From: a virus
DNA: 41,233 nucleotides
Reading direction: 5' to 3' (one strand)
IMG/VR virus record: IMGVR_UViG_2576861615_000004
Location: 1 to 41,233 of that record
Shown here: positions 1-11,734 of the stretch, piece by piece
How positions within the stretch are numbered: the stretch's first letter is position 1
How the letters are laid out: every line of letters starts with the position of its first letter
Made by a program: the position numbers and the translations under genes
The notes under the pieces: generated by a model
The model's database searches: none
What the model saw: only the letters and a program-made list of their open reading frames with translations
Told to the model about the DNA's origin: nothing

Positions 1-2583
<2,583 letters not shown>

Positions 2584-2584
<1 letters not shown>

Positions 2585-2922
2585 TGACCGACACGTTTAT
2601 CTGGTCGCCGACGGTCGAGGGATTCGGCGGCGATACGACGCTGCGTGTGCGAAAAGCCGGCTTCGGCGATGGGTACACGCAGCGCGCGGCCGACGGCCTC
2701 AATAACCGCGTGCCGTCGTACAGCCTTCGATTCGTGGGGAAGGCCGACAAGATCTCGGCAATTCTCGCGTTCCTCGATGCGCACGCCGGCGCGGTGTCGT
2801 TTTTCTGGACGCCGGCGCTTCGGCAGCAGGGGCGATTTGTGTGTGAGAAGTACACCGAGCCGGTGAAGAACGGCAACGTGTACACGATCACGGCGCAGTT
2901 TGAGCAGACGTTTGCACCATAA
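2584..2922 (+). CDS. minor tail protein, lambda gpM-like
   Basis: ATG at 2584 overlaps the tape-measure stop (TGATG). The 112-aa product, MTDTFIWSP...FGDGYTQRAADGLN...FFWTP, is typical of the phage minor tail protein M family. The longer track ORF from 2239 is an out-of-context extension. Confidence 0.85.
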
Positions 2923-2930
2923 GGTAAGAG

Positions 2931-4421
2931 ATGCCACAACTTCAAAAAGCCAACCTGGGCTCGGCGCCAAATGGCGACGGTGGGGACGATCAACGAACGG
3001 CGAACGTACGATATAACGCGAACGTCGATGTGCTCGCTGCCTGCGTCGCGCTCGGCTACTCCATCCTCGGCGATAACACGACGATCGCACCCGATCGGGT
3101 CGGTGTGCGGTTCGGGCTGAACATCGGCGTTCCCGGGAAGAGAATTGTGTTGCCCCTTGCCGGGTCGGTGATGGTCAACGCATGTGTCCATTTCTTCAAC
3201 ATTGGTGTTGGCGTCGACATAGGCTTGCAAGGCAGCGATGATACGCAAATCAAGGCACTTGCTCATGGCGACTGGATCACATACGGATCAGATGGAGTCT
3301 CATACTGGCACGTGGTGGCGCGAGGGAAAATGCTGCCGGACGAGGTAGTGTCGGGCTTTCTGTCCGTGACGCGCGGGTTGAGCGTCGGCGGCGATGTGGC
3401 GATCGGTGGTCGGTTGAGTTCGGTGAACAGCCCCAATCTGTTGCCCAACTCGACCGGTGAACTACGCAACCAATGCTGGAGCGGCACGAATTTCGGTGTC
3501 GTGGCCGGTACGTCTGGGGAAGGAACGGTATTCATCAATTCGGCCGCGATCAATATCGCCGGCTACGCGATGGACTACTCGGACAACATCGCGATCAGCG
3601 CCGGGATGCAGTTGATTCTCTCCGCGGAGATCGCGACGAACGGTTTGAATGCCGGGCAGGTGTATATGAAGGTGGAATCCTTCAATTCGTCCGGCACGCT
3701 ATTGGGGACGTTTTCTACAACTCCAATTTCGACGAAGCGGGATTACACAGTCATGACTGCTTCCGGGAAGACGCCGAACGGGACGACCTATGTGCGTGTA
3801 AGCAGAGTCGCCGATAACGCGCCGAATATCTCGCAATGGGGAGTGGCGTTTCGTCGAATCAAGCTCGAGCGCGGCTCTTCTCCTTCGTTGTACTCGCAAG
3901 AGGCAAGCATCCTTTATCTGCAGGGCGCCCCGGCATTTGACGGCCGTCCGACGTTCGGGGGAAATGTTCCGTGGGACAGCTGGAATCTACCGCGCCCGTT
4001 GCAGCATTCGGATATCGGTGCGATTGCGGCGGCAGGTGGCGAAGAGCGGGATCTGGCGATAAATGACGAAGTCAGGCTCGCGCTGAACTTTACGCCCAAG
4101 GCTAACAGTGTGTTGTCCAATGCGACGCTCACCATCAACGTCGGAAACTCTTCGGCAACTGCAAACGACTTCATTGCATATCTCGACGTGTTCGACGTTG
4201 GGGCGAATGCAGTGGTCGCGCGGGGTAGTTCCAGTGTCGTGAGCGTCCCTAACGGGCAACAGTATGTCGGAGTCAGTTCGGCTACTTCATTGGCATGCGC
4301 AGTTGCATACGGCAGTCTTACTATCGGCAAGCAATACCAAATTCGCCTGCATGTGTGGAAGGTTCAACCGATTGGACCGATCTATCCGCGCAACATGAGC
4401 ATTAACGGCGTGGTGGTGTAA
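2931..4421 (+). CDS. tail fibre-like / receptor-binding-like protein inserted between gpM-like and gpL-like genes
   Basis: The N-terminal motif LGSAPNGDGGDDQRTANVRYNANVDVL resembles the conserved N-terminus of many phage fibre proteins. A central region ends in FRRIKLERGSSPSLYS, a jelly-roll/carbohydrate-binding-like signature common in fibres. GC is visibly lower than in neighbouring genes. An SD-like aaggtaagag precedes the ATG. Confidence 0.6.
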   Translation: MPQLQKANLGSAPNGDGGDDQRTANVRYNANVDVLAACVALGYSILGDNTTIAPDRVGVRFGLNIGVPGKRIVLPLAGSVMVNACVHFFNIGVGVDIGLQGSDDTQIKALAHGDWITYGSDGVSYWHVVARGKMLPDEVVSGFLSVTRGLSVGGDVAIGGRLSSVNSPNLLPNSTGELRNQCWSGTNFGVVAGTSGEGTVFINSAAINIAGYAMDYSDNIAISAGMQLILSAEIATNGLNAGQVYMKVESFNSSGTLLGTFSTTPISTKRDYTVMTASGKTPNGTTYVRVSRVADNAPNISQWGVAFRRIKLERGSSPSLYSQEASILYLQGAPAFDGRPTFGGNVPWDSWNLPRPLQHSDIGAIAAAGGEERDLAINDEVRLALNFTPKANSVLSNATLTINVGNSSATANDFIAYLDVFDVGANAVVARGSSSVVSVPNGQQYVGVSSATSLACAVAYGSLTIGKQYQIRLHVWKVQPIGPIYPRNMSINGVVV

Positions 4422-4425
4422 GCGT

Positions 4426-5109
4426 ATGGCAATCACAGCCGATGTTCAAACTCTCGAGCCCGGCCGTCGCCTTGAGTTTTTCGAGGTCGATTGCACGGAG
4501 ATCGGTGGAGACGCGTTGCGTTTCCACGGGCATCTGCAGTCGACCTCGATCGTGTGGCAGGGGCTGGAATACAAGCCGTGGCCGATTCAGGCGGCCGGCT
4601 TCGAGCGGACGTCGGATGCTCGGCAGCCGGCGCCGACGCTGACGGTTGGCGACATCAACGGCACGATCACCGCGCTGTGCGTTGCGCTCGATGATCTTGT
4701 CGGCGCGAAGGTGTACCGCCGGCGTACGCTGGCGAAATACCTCGACGCGGTCAATTTCCCCGACGGCAACCCGACCGCGGACCCGAATGAGCAATGGCCG
4801 CCTGAGCAGTGGCGAATCGAGCAGAAGAGCGACGAGCAGCCAGGCGTGCAGGTGGAATTCACGCTGTCGTCGCCGCTTGATTTCGGCGGGCAGCGGGTGC
4901 CAGCGCGCCAGATTGTCGGCACGTGCCAGTGGCGCTATCGCGGGCCCGAGTGCGGGTATGTCGGCGTGGTGTACTTCGACAAGTACGACAACCCGGTGAG
5001 CGATCCGGCGCTCGATCGCTGTAGCCAGAAAGTCAGCGGATGCGAATGCCGGTACGGCGTGAACAACCCGCTGCCGTACGGCGGTTTTTTGTGCGACACG
5101 CTCGCCTAG
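4426..5109 (+). CDS. minor tail protein, lambda gpL-like
   Basis: The sequence LEPGRRLEFFEVD...WQG..Y.PWPI plus a C-terminal Cys cluster (CQWRYRGPECGY...C...C.C) is characteristic of the gpL family, which binds an Fe-S cluster. Confidence 0.9.
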   Translation: MAITADVQTLEPGRRLEFFEVDCTEIGGDALRFHGHLQSTSIVWQGLEYKPWPIQAAGFERTSDARQPAPTLTVGDINGTITALCVALDDLVGAKVYRRRTLAKYLDAVNFPDGNPTADPNEQWPPEQWRIEQKSDEQPGVQVEFTLSSPLDFGGQRVPARQIVGTCQWRYRGPECGYVGVVYFDKYDNPVSDPALDRCSQKVSGCECRYGVNNPLPYGGFLCDTLA

Positions 5110-5134
5110 AGCGTCGATCAACCTCTCTTCATGG

Positions 5135-5158
5135 ACCCGCCACTCGGCGGGTTTTTTT
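5135..5158 (+). terminator. intrinsic terminator between gpL-like and gpK-like genes
   Basis: Stem cccgcc/ggcggg with loop actc, followed by 7 T (5152-5158). It lies immediately before the gpK-like ATG at 5159. Confidence 0.7.
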
Positions 5159-5911
5159 ATGGACGAACGAATCAAGCAGGCGATCGCGGAGCACGCGCTC
5201 GCCGAGTATCCGCGCGAGTGCTGCGGGCTGATCGTGGAAACCGCTTCGGGAGATTTGTATGTGCCCGGTCGAAATATCGCTGCGGCGCCGACGGAGCGAT
5301 TCGGGCTGGCGGCCGAGGATTACGCGGATGCGGAGGACATGGGCGAAATCCTTGCGATGGTGCATTCGCATCCGAACGGGACGGCGCAGCCGAGCATGGG
5401 TGATCGCGCGATGTGCGAGCGCGCCGGCATCCCGCTGTGGGTCATTGTCTCGCTGGGCGTCCAGGCCGACGGATCGATCGGCGTCGACAACTGGTGCGAG
5501 TTCGGGCCGAGCGGCTACGTCGCGCCGCTTTACGGTCGGGAATACGTGCACGGCGTGCTCGACTGCTACGCGCTGGTGCGTGATTGGTATCTCGCCGAAC
5601 GCGGGATCGCGCTGCCGGATTTCGAGCGCAAGGACGGGTGGTGGGCTGACGGGTATTCGAACCTGTATATCGCGAACTACCAGGACGCGGGCTTTCTCGA
5701 CATGGGGCGTGATGCGCAGCTCGAGCCGGGCGACGTGCTGCTGATGCAGGTCCGCAGCAAAAACGGCGTTCCGAATCATTCGGGCGTGTACCTCGGTGAT
5801 GGCATGTTCGCGCATCACATGTACGGACGACTGTCGTGTCGCGCGGTATGGGGCTCGATGTGGCGCGACTGCTGCACGACCGTACTGCGTCATGTCGGAG
5901 GCGCGAAGTGA
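5159..5911 (+). CDS. tail assembly protein, lambda gpK-like (JAB/MPN + NlpC/P60 domains)
   Basis: JAMM motif HSHPNGTAQPSMGD (HxHx7SxxD), followed by an NlpC/P60-like region (DCYALVRDWY ... H). The position after gpL fits. Confidence 0.9.
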   Translation: MDERIKQAIAEHALAEYPRECCGLIVETASGDLYVPGRNIAAAPTERFGLAAEDYADAEDMGEILAMVHSHPNGTAQPSMGDRAMCERAGIPLWVIVSLGVQADGSIGVDNWCEFGPSGYVAPLYGREYVHGVLDCYALVRDWYLAERGIALPDFERKDGWWADGYSNLYIANYQDAGFLDMGRDAQLEPGDVLLMQVRSKNGVPNHSGVYLGDGMFAHHMYGRLSCRAVWGSMWRDCCTTVLRHVGGAK

Positions 5912-6471
5912 CGGAGACGCTACGGGAGGTGAGGCTTTACGGGATCGCCGGCGCGCGGTTCGGTCGGGTTCATCGGCTGGCCGTCTCGTCGACCGCGGAG
6001 GCGGTGCGCGCGCTGTCAGTGCTGATTCCCGGCTTTCGGCAGTTTCTGCTCGACGCGCGCGACAACGGGCTGACGTTCGCCGTGTTCAACGGGCGCCGGA
6101 ACCTGACGGAAGACGATCTCGGCGCGCCGGTCGGCGGCGACGCGATCCGAATCGCGCCGGTGATCATCGGCAGCAAGAGCGGCGGTCTGTTCCAGACGAT
6201 TCTCGGCGCGGCGCTGGCCGTGGCCGGCTTCGTGTTCAGTCAGCCGACGCTGATCGGACTGGGCGTGTCGATGGCGCTCGGCGGCATCACGCAGATGCTG
6301 AGCCCGCAGCAGGCCGGGCTGGCCGGCGCGGCCGACAACGGCACCTCGTACTACTTCAACGGAGCGGTGAATAGCGCCGCGCAGGGCGAGCCGGTGCCAC
6401 TCGTGTACGGCGAGATGGTTGTCGGGTCGAAGGTCGTCAGCTCGGGCATCTACACGGAGGATCAGGTGTGA
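5908..6471 (+). CDS. tail assembly protein, lambda gpI-like
   Basis: GTG at 5908 overlaps the gpK-like stop (GTGA). The product VTETLREVRLYG... has a hydrophobic Gly/Ala-rich middle and ends VVGSKVVSSGIYTED, as in the gpI family. The track start at 5836 lies inside gpK. Confidence 0.85.
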   Translation: MTETLREVRLYGIAGARFGRVHRLAVSSTAEAVRALSVLIPGFRQFLLDARDNGLTFAVFNGRRNLTEDDLGAPVGGDAIRIAPVIIGSKSGGLFQTILGAALAVAGFVFSQPTLIGLGVSMALGGITQMLSPQQAGLAGAADNGTSYYFNGAVNSAAQGEPVPLVYGEMVVGSKVVSSGIYTEDQV

Positions 6472-9400
6472 AAAAGATCTACGCGGAATCCGGGCCGAAG
6501 CGGATCAGCGGGGCGAAGGGCGGTGGCGGTGGAAGTAGTGGCGGAGAATCGCCGGACAACTTGCATTCCATCGCGCGCGCGAAGGTGCTCGACGTCATTT
6601 CTGAGGGGCCGATCGTCGGCCTGGTGAAGGGCATGCAATCGGTTTTTCTTGATGGCACGCCCATCCAGAATTCCGACGGCTCGGTCAACTTCCAGAATTA
6701 CGGCGTCGACGTTCGCACGGGAACGCTCGATCAGGAATTCATTCCGGGCTTTCCGGCGGTCGAGCGCGAATCGGCCGTGGGTGTGCCGCTGACGTCCGAT
6801 GCGCCTTGGGTGCGTCAGGTGCAAAACACGCAGCTGACGGCGGTTCGCATTCGGTTCGGCGTGCCGGCGCTGCAGAAGAGCGATCCGGCGACCGGCGTGT
6901 TCGGCTATCGCGTCGAATATGCGATCGATCTGTCGGTCGACGGAGGCTCGTACGCACAGGTGCTGTCGTCGGCATTCGATGGCAAAACGACGTCGCTTTA
7001 CGAGCGCTCGCACCGGATCGAGTTGCCGCGCGCCACTACCGGCTGGTTGGTACGCGTCCGGCGCATCACGCCGAATGCGCACAGCTCGCTGATCGCTGAC
7101 ACGGTCAATATCGAAGCGATTACGGAGGTGATCGACCGCAAGCTTCGATACCCGCTGACGGCGCTCGTTGGCATGACATTCGATGCCCGGTCGTTCTCGC
7201 AGGTGCCGGTGCGTTCGTACGGCGTGCGCGGCTTGATTATCCGTGTGCCGTCGAACTATGACGCGGAGACGCGGACGTATTCGGGTGCATGGGATGGCAC
7301 GTTCAAGCCGTCGTGGACAAACAATCCGGCGTGGATTTTCTACGACGTCCTGTTGCAGACGCGATATGGCACTGGGCGCTATGTCGACGCGTCGATGGTA
7401 GACAAGTGGACGCTGTACGAAATCGCGCGATATTGCGACGTGATGGTTTCGGACGGCCGCGGCGGCGTTGAACCTCGTTTTACGTGCAACTGCGTGATCC
7501 AGTCTGATGCCGACGCTTTCAAGGTATTGCAGGATCTGGCGAGCGTGTTTCGCGGGATCGCGTACTGGGGTCCGGGAGCGGTGGTCGCGTCTGCGGACAT
7601 GCCGTCCGATCCCGTCTACGTCTACACCGCGGCGAACGTGATTGACGGGGCGTTCCGGTACGTCGGGAGCGAGCGCAAGACGCGATACACCGTCGCGCTT
7701 GTGAGCTACAACGATCCGTCGAACCAGTACAAACAGGCAGTCGAGTATGTGCCGGACGACGACGGCATCGCGCGTTATGGCGTCATCAAGACGCAGGTAA
7801 CGGCGTTCGGTTGCACGTCGCAGGCGCAGGCGCACCGGCTCGGGCGATGGCTTCTCCTGACGTCGCGCTACGAGTCGGGCACGGTGTCGTTCAAGGTCGG
7901 GATGGATGGCGTGCTGGTCGGCCCCGGGCAGGTGATCGCGATCGCCGATCCGCGAAAGGCTGGTCGTCGCATCGGCGGGCGCATCCGCGCGGTGGCCGGT
8001 AACGTCGTCACGCTCGACAAGGCGCCGACCGTGGCGCCCGGCGACCGCTTCACGGCGATTCTGCCGTCGGGCGTTGCGCAGTACCGTGCGGTGAAGTCCG
8101 TCGATGGCGACGTGCTGACGCTGGCTGATCGCTTCGATGCGGACCCGGTGTCCGGCGCGGTGTGGATGCTGGAGAACGCGGAGGTCGCGGCGCAGCTTTA
8201 TCGCGTCGTGAGCGTTCAGGAAGGCGACGACGATGGCCTGCTCGAGTACACGATCACGGCCACGATGCACGAGCCCGGGAAATACGCGGCGATCGACGAC
8301 GGCGCACAGATTCAGCAGCGGCCGGTGACGGTCGTGCCGCCATCGGTACAGGCGCCGCCGACCAATGTGCGCGTGACGTCGTACTCGGCCGTCGATCAGG
8401 GCATTTCCAAAACGACGATGGTGATCGCCTGGGACGCTGCGGATAACTCGGTGACGTACCTGCCGGAATGGCGGAAGGACAACGGCGAGTGGGTGAGTGT
8501 GCCGCGCACGGGCGGCCTGCAGGTCGAGGTGCCGGGGATTTATCAGGGGCGCTACGTTGCGCGCGTGCGCGCTCAGAACGTGATGGGCGTTACGTCGCTG
8601 CCGGCGATCAGCGCGGAAACGCAGCTGAAGGGTAAAACGACACCGCCGCCGGCCGTTGCATCGCTCAAGGCCGCCGGCATCGTGTTCGGGATCAATCTCG
8701 ATTGGGCGTTCCCGGGCGACGGTACGGCGGGCGATACGCAGCGCACCGAGCTCTGGTACAGCCGCACGCCGAGCCGCGACGACGCAATCAAACTGTCGGA
8801 CTACGCGTATCCGCAGGCGTCGACGTCGCTGCAGGGGCTCGCCGTCGGCCAGGTGTTTTATTTCTGGGCCCGGCTCGTCGATACGTCTGGAAACGTCGGG
8901 CCGTGGTATCCGGCATCCGGGCCGGGCGTGCAGGGACAGCCGACGACCGACGAAGGGGAATACGAGAAGTATTTCGCGGGGCGAATTTCGCACTCGGCGC
9001 TTGGCGAGGATCTGCGCAAGCCGATCGACGCGATTCCCGGCATTCAACAAGGCGTCGCGGATAACGCGAGCGCAATCGAAAAGGAGATACGCGACCGCGC
9101 GGACGCGATCGCGAAAGAGGCTCGGGATCGGGCGGACGCTGTGGCCGAAGAGGCGCGGCAGCGTGGCGCCGCGGTCACCGCCGAGCAGCAGGCTCGGCAG
9201 ACGGCCGACACCTCGCTCGGGCAGCGCATCGATACCGTGACGGCCAGCGTCGGCGACGCGGCGGCGGCCATCAAGCAAGAGGCGACCGCGCGCGCCGATG
9301 CCGACGGCGCGCTGTCGACGCGGATCGATACCGTCGTCAGCAAGGCGAACGACAACGCGGCGGCCATCTCGTCGGAGGTGACAGCGCGGACCACTGCGGA

Positions 9401-10370
9401 CACGGCGCTCGGAAAACGCGTCGACGCCGTAACGGCCGACGTCGGCGCAAACAAGGCGGCGATTACGGCCGAGCAAAAGGCGCGCGCCGACGGCGACGGT
9501 GCGCTGTCGAGTCGGATCGATACGGTATCGGCATCGGCCGGCGCTAACGCGGCGGCGATTGCAGCAGAGCAGAAGGCGCGTGCCGATGCGGATGGCGTGC
9601 TGGCGACGCAGATCAGCAAGGTGTCGGCGCAAATCAATGTACCGATGGCGGGCGACAGTGGACGCGCGGCGGGATCGACGCAGGTTAAGGCGGGCGTCTA
9701 TTCGGAGCAGTCCGCGCGTGCCGAAGCCGACATGGCGATCGCGCAGCGTATCGAAGCTGTTACCGCGCAGATGACTTCCGGGCAGGCGTCTCTATCAGCC
9801 GGGATTCAGGCGGAGTCGCAGGCGCGAGTGGATGCCGACAGTGCGCAGGCCGAGCAGATTACGACCGTGCGCGCGCAGGCAAACGCGAACGCTGCCGCGG
9901 TGCAGACGGTGGCGCAGTCGTACGCGGACCTGAACGGGCGTGTATCGGCGTCGTACCAGATCAAGACGCAGATCACGTCGGACGGTCGCACGTATATCGC
10001 CGGCATCGGCGTCGGCATCAACAACGACAGCGGCATTGTCGAGTCGCAGGTGTTGGTATCGGCGCAACGCTTCGCGGTGGTCGACCCAAACAACGGCGGC
10101 GCTTCGATCGTGCCGTTCGTGGTGCAGGGCGGGCAGGTGTTTCTTCGTCAGGCGCTCATCGGTTCGGGCTGGATCACGAACGCAATGATCGGCAGCTATA
10201 TCCAGTCCGACAACTACATTGCGGGTCGGCAGGGGTGGCGGCTCGACAAGATCGGTTGGTTCGAAATCAACGCTTCTGATGGCAGCGGAAATCGATTGGT
10301 GCTTGACGGGAGCAGTGTGCGTGTCTACGACGGCAACGGCGTGCTTCGCGTGCGCATGGGGATGTGGTGA
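6468..10370 (+). CDS. host specificity / central tail fibre protein, lambda gpJ-like (1300 aa)
   Basis: The GTG start overlaps the gpI stop. The N-terminal two-thirds are collinear with the gpJ family (NPAWIFYDVL, FTCN, fibronectin-III-like region). The C-terminal third is an Ala-rich coiled-coil repeat region plus a distal domain. Confidence 0.95.
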   Translation: MKKIYAESGPKRISGAKGGGGGSSGGESPDNLHSIARAKVLDVISEGPIVGLVKGMQSVFLDGTPIQNSDGSVNFQNYGVDVRTGTLDQEFIPGFPAVERESAVGVPLTSDAPWVRQVQNTQLTAVRIRFGVPALQKSDPATGVFGYRVEYAIDLSVDGGSYAQVLSSAFDGKTTSLYERSHRIELPRATTGWLVRVRRITPNAHSSLIADTVNIEAITEVIDRKLRYPLTALVGMTFDARSFSQVPVRSYGVRGLIIRVPSNYDAETRTYSGAWDGTFKPSWTNNPAWIFYDVLLQTRYGTGRYVDASMVDKWTLYEIARYCDVMVSDGRGGVEPRFTCNCVIQSDADAFKVLQDLASVFRGIAYWGPGAVVASADMPSDPVYVYTAANVIDGAFRYVGSERKTRYTVALVSYNDPSNQYKQAVEYVPDDDGIARYGVIKTQVTAFGCTSQAQAHRLGRWLLLTSRYESGTVSFKVGMDGVLVGPGQVIAIADPRKAGRRIGGRIRAVAGNVVTLDKAPTVAPGDRFTAILPSGVAQYRAVKSVDGDVLTLADRFDADPVSGAVWMLENAEVAAQLYRVVSVQEGDDDGLLEYTITATMHEPGKYAAIDDGAQIQQRPVTVVPPSVQAPPTNVRVTSYSAVDQGISKTTMVIAWDAADNSVTYLPEWRKDNGEWVSVPRTGGLQVEVPGIYQGRYVARVRAQNVMGVTSLPAISAETQLKGKTTPPPAVASLKAAGIVFGINLDWAFPGDGTAGDTQRTELWYSRTPSRDDAIKLSDYAYPQASTSLQGLAVGQVFYFWARLVDTSGNVGPWYPASGPGVQGQPTTDEGEYEKYFAGRISHSALGEDLRKPIDAIPGIQQGVADNASAIEKEIRDRADAIAKEARDRADAVAEEARQRGAAVTAEQQARQTADTSLGQRIDTVTASVGDAAAAIKQEATARADADGALSTRIDTVVSKANDNAAAISSEVTARTTADTALGKRVDAVTADVGANKAAITAEQKARADGDGALSSRIDTVSASAGANAAAIAAEQKARADADGVLATQISKVSAQINVPMAGDSGRAAGSTQVKAGVYSEQSARAEADMAIAQRIEAVTAQMTSGQASLSAGIQAESQARVDADSAQAEQITTVRAQANANAAAVQTVAQSYADLNGRVSASYQIKTQITSDGRTYIAGIGVGINNDSGIVESQVLVSAQRFAVVDPNNGGASIVPFVVQGGQVFLRQALIGSGWITNAMIGSYIQSDNYIAGRQGWRLDKIGWFEINASDGSGNRLVLDGSSVRVYDGNGVLRVRMGMW
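9225..9608 (+). repeat. four in-frame tandem 96-bp (32-aa) repeats within the gpJ-like gene
   Basis: Repeat units start at 9225, 9321, 9417 and 9513, each encoding R(I/V)D(T/A)V...N.AAI..E..AR..AD.AL. Degenerate copies flank the array on both sides, roughly 9050-9900. Confidence 0.85.
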
Positions 10371-10678
10371 TGACGACGGGGCTTCAGATTTTCGACGGCG
10401 CCGGTCGCATCATTCTCGATGCACGGTCGCGTGCAGGGCGAGTCGTCGGTATCGCGTGGACTGGTGGAGGGGATGGAGGCGTTGCGGCGGACATGTCCGG
10501 CGGAGAGCCATTTTGGTCGTTCATGCCCGCACGCATTTTTTATCGCGTATCAGGCGCCGAGCCATCTCCGATTATTTCGATCGACCGGAACGGCGTCAGC
10601 TGGCGGTACAGCGGCAATACGAGTGGATCCAACGCGTACACGCAGGTTCCCGGCTGGATAGTTTACGGAGTGTATTAA
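10370..10678 (+). CDS. hypothetical post-J protein with GLQIFDGAGRIILD N-terminal motif
   Basis: ATG at 10370 overlaps the gpJ stop (TGATG); a GTG at 10364 is an alternative start. The stop overlaps the next ATG (TAATG). The N-terminal motif is shared with the next ORF. Confidence 0.7.
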   Translation: MTTGLQIFDGAGRIILDARSRAGRVVGIAWTGGGDGGVAADMSGGEPFWSFMPARIFYRVSGAEPSPIISIDRNGVSWRYSGNTSGSNAYTQVPGWIVYGVY

Positions 10679-11394
10679 TGCCGGCAGGATTTCAGGCGTT
10701 TACTGATACGGGCGTGTATCAAATCGATGGATTGACGCCGAATTACCAAATGGTCCAGGCGATGTCGGCGCAGTCAGTGGATACATCGCTGCGCCTCGCG
10801 GTCAACGATGCGAACAAGCCTTTCAGCGTCACTCTACCCAGCGTCGCGTTTACGTTCAACGCAACGGCGGGGCCTATGTATGGGGTCTATGCGTCGGATG
10901 GGGTTGGAATCACCATTTGGAGCACGGATGTCGACGGCACTACCTACACGCTGAGATTTGTTACGGAGCGGCCCTGCAGTGTCTATTTTTTTCAGTTCGA
11001 TCAGGTGCCGCTGGTGTCCGGAAATTTCGGGCTTCAGGTGTTCAACGGGCAAGGGCGCCTCATTGCTGACTCGTCCAGACCGTTTCTGCGCGTGCTTGAC
11101 GTTATCTACAACGAATATGTGCCTGGCGTTGGGTGGATGGTAGAGGGTGCGCCGAGCCCGCAGTGGGACTCCCGAGCATACGGTGTCCCAATCATCGTCT
11201 CGGGAATTTACCCGGTTCGTCACGCGTGGAGCTATGACCCTGCGGGCGTCGAATTGAGTTCGATTCGCGTGAACGGGAACAGTGTTTCGTGGGGCACAAC
11301 AATGTACGGAGGTGGCCGAAAGCCAAACTTGGCAGGATTTCGAGAACAATGGCATTCGCGCTTCATGGTGCTGGATGCGACAGGGATTGTGTGA
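10678..11394 (+). CDS. hypothetical post-J protein (238 aa), paralogous motif carrier
   Basis: Starts MPAGFQAFTDTGVYQIDG and contains an internal GLQVFNGQGRLIAD (nt 11029-11070). GC is lower than the tail genes. A strong terminator follows. The track ORF from 10219 is an upstream extension overlapping gpJ. Confidence 0.75.
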   Translation: MPAGFQAFTDTGVYQIDGLTPNYQMVQAMSAQSVDTSLRLAVNDANKPFSVTLPSVAFTFNATAGPMYGVYASDGVGITIWSTDVDGTTYTLRFVTERPCSVYFFQFDQVPLVSGNFGLQVFNGQGRLIADSSRPFLRVLDVIYNEYVPGVGWMVEGAPSPQWDSRAYGVPIIVSGIYPVRHAWSYDPAGVELSSIRVNGNSVSWGTTMYGGGRKPNLAGFREQWHSRFMVLDATGIV

Positions 11395-11396
11395 TG

Positions 11397-11424
11397 GGCC
11401 GCCGACTTGGCGGCCTTTCTTTTT
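11397..11424 (+). terminator. intrinsic terminator ending the tail gene block
   Basis: Stem ggccgcc/ggcggcc with loop gactt, followed by tttcttttt. Confidence 0.85.
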
Positions 11425-11449
11425 ACGGGGCTGGAAACGGGGAGCGGTA

Positions 11450-11734
11450 ATGCAAGAGCACGAAAAGACGATTCTGGAGTTGATCCTCATGGGCGGACTG
11501 ATTGGCATTGCGAAAGTGTTGGTGGGTAGCGAGCAGCTCACGTTCCGGCTTGTGGCCGGGCGTGCGGTACTCGGTTCGGCGACGTCGATGGTTGCGGGGC
11601 TGGCGCTGCTGCAGATCCCGGATCTGCCGCCGATCGCATTGCTCGGCCTCGGCAGTGCGCTCGGCATCGTCGGGTCGCAGTACCTCGAAGTGCTGCTGCG
11701 CCGGAACGCAAAACGAATGTTTGGGGGAAAGTGA
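11450..11734 (+). CDS. holin (three predicted TM segments, basic C-terminus)
   Basis: The 94-aa product, MQEHEKTILELILMGGLIGIAKVLVG...LLRRNAKRMFGGK, has three hydrophobic stretches. It lies directly upstream of the endolysin with a GTGA overlap. Confidence 0.75.
   Translation: MQEHEKTILELILMGGLIGIAKVLVGSEQLTFRLVAGRAVLGSATSMVAGLALLQIPDLPPIALLGLGSALGIVGSQYLEVLLRRNAKRMFGGK

Noticed and set aside
5159-5911. Whether the JAMM motif in the gpK-like protein belongs to the Ubl system
   Set aside because: A JAB/MPN plus NlpC/P60 architecture is the normal composition of lambda gpK-family tail assembly proteins. There is no sequence-based reason to link it to the early-operon cassette.
6462-9632. 1056-aa ORF on the minus strand opposite the gpJ-like gene
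   Set aside because: The product is extremely Arg-rich and low-complexity, as expected for an open antisense frame in high-GC DNA. The plus-strand frame has clear gpJ family motifs and proper operon coupling.
10219-10677. Upstream 153-codon extension of the 10678-11394 ORF (track ORF 10219..11394)
   Set aside because: The extension overlaps the gpJ 3' end and the whole 10370-10678 ORF in another frame, and it is Arg/Cys-rich. The ATG at 10678 forms a TAATG junction with the preceding gene.
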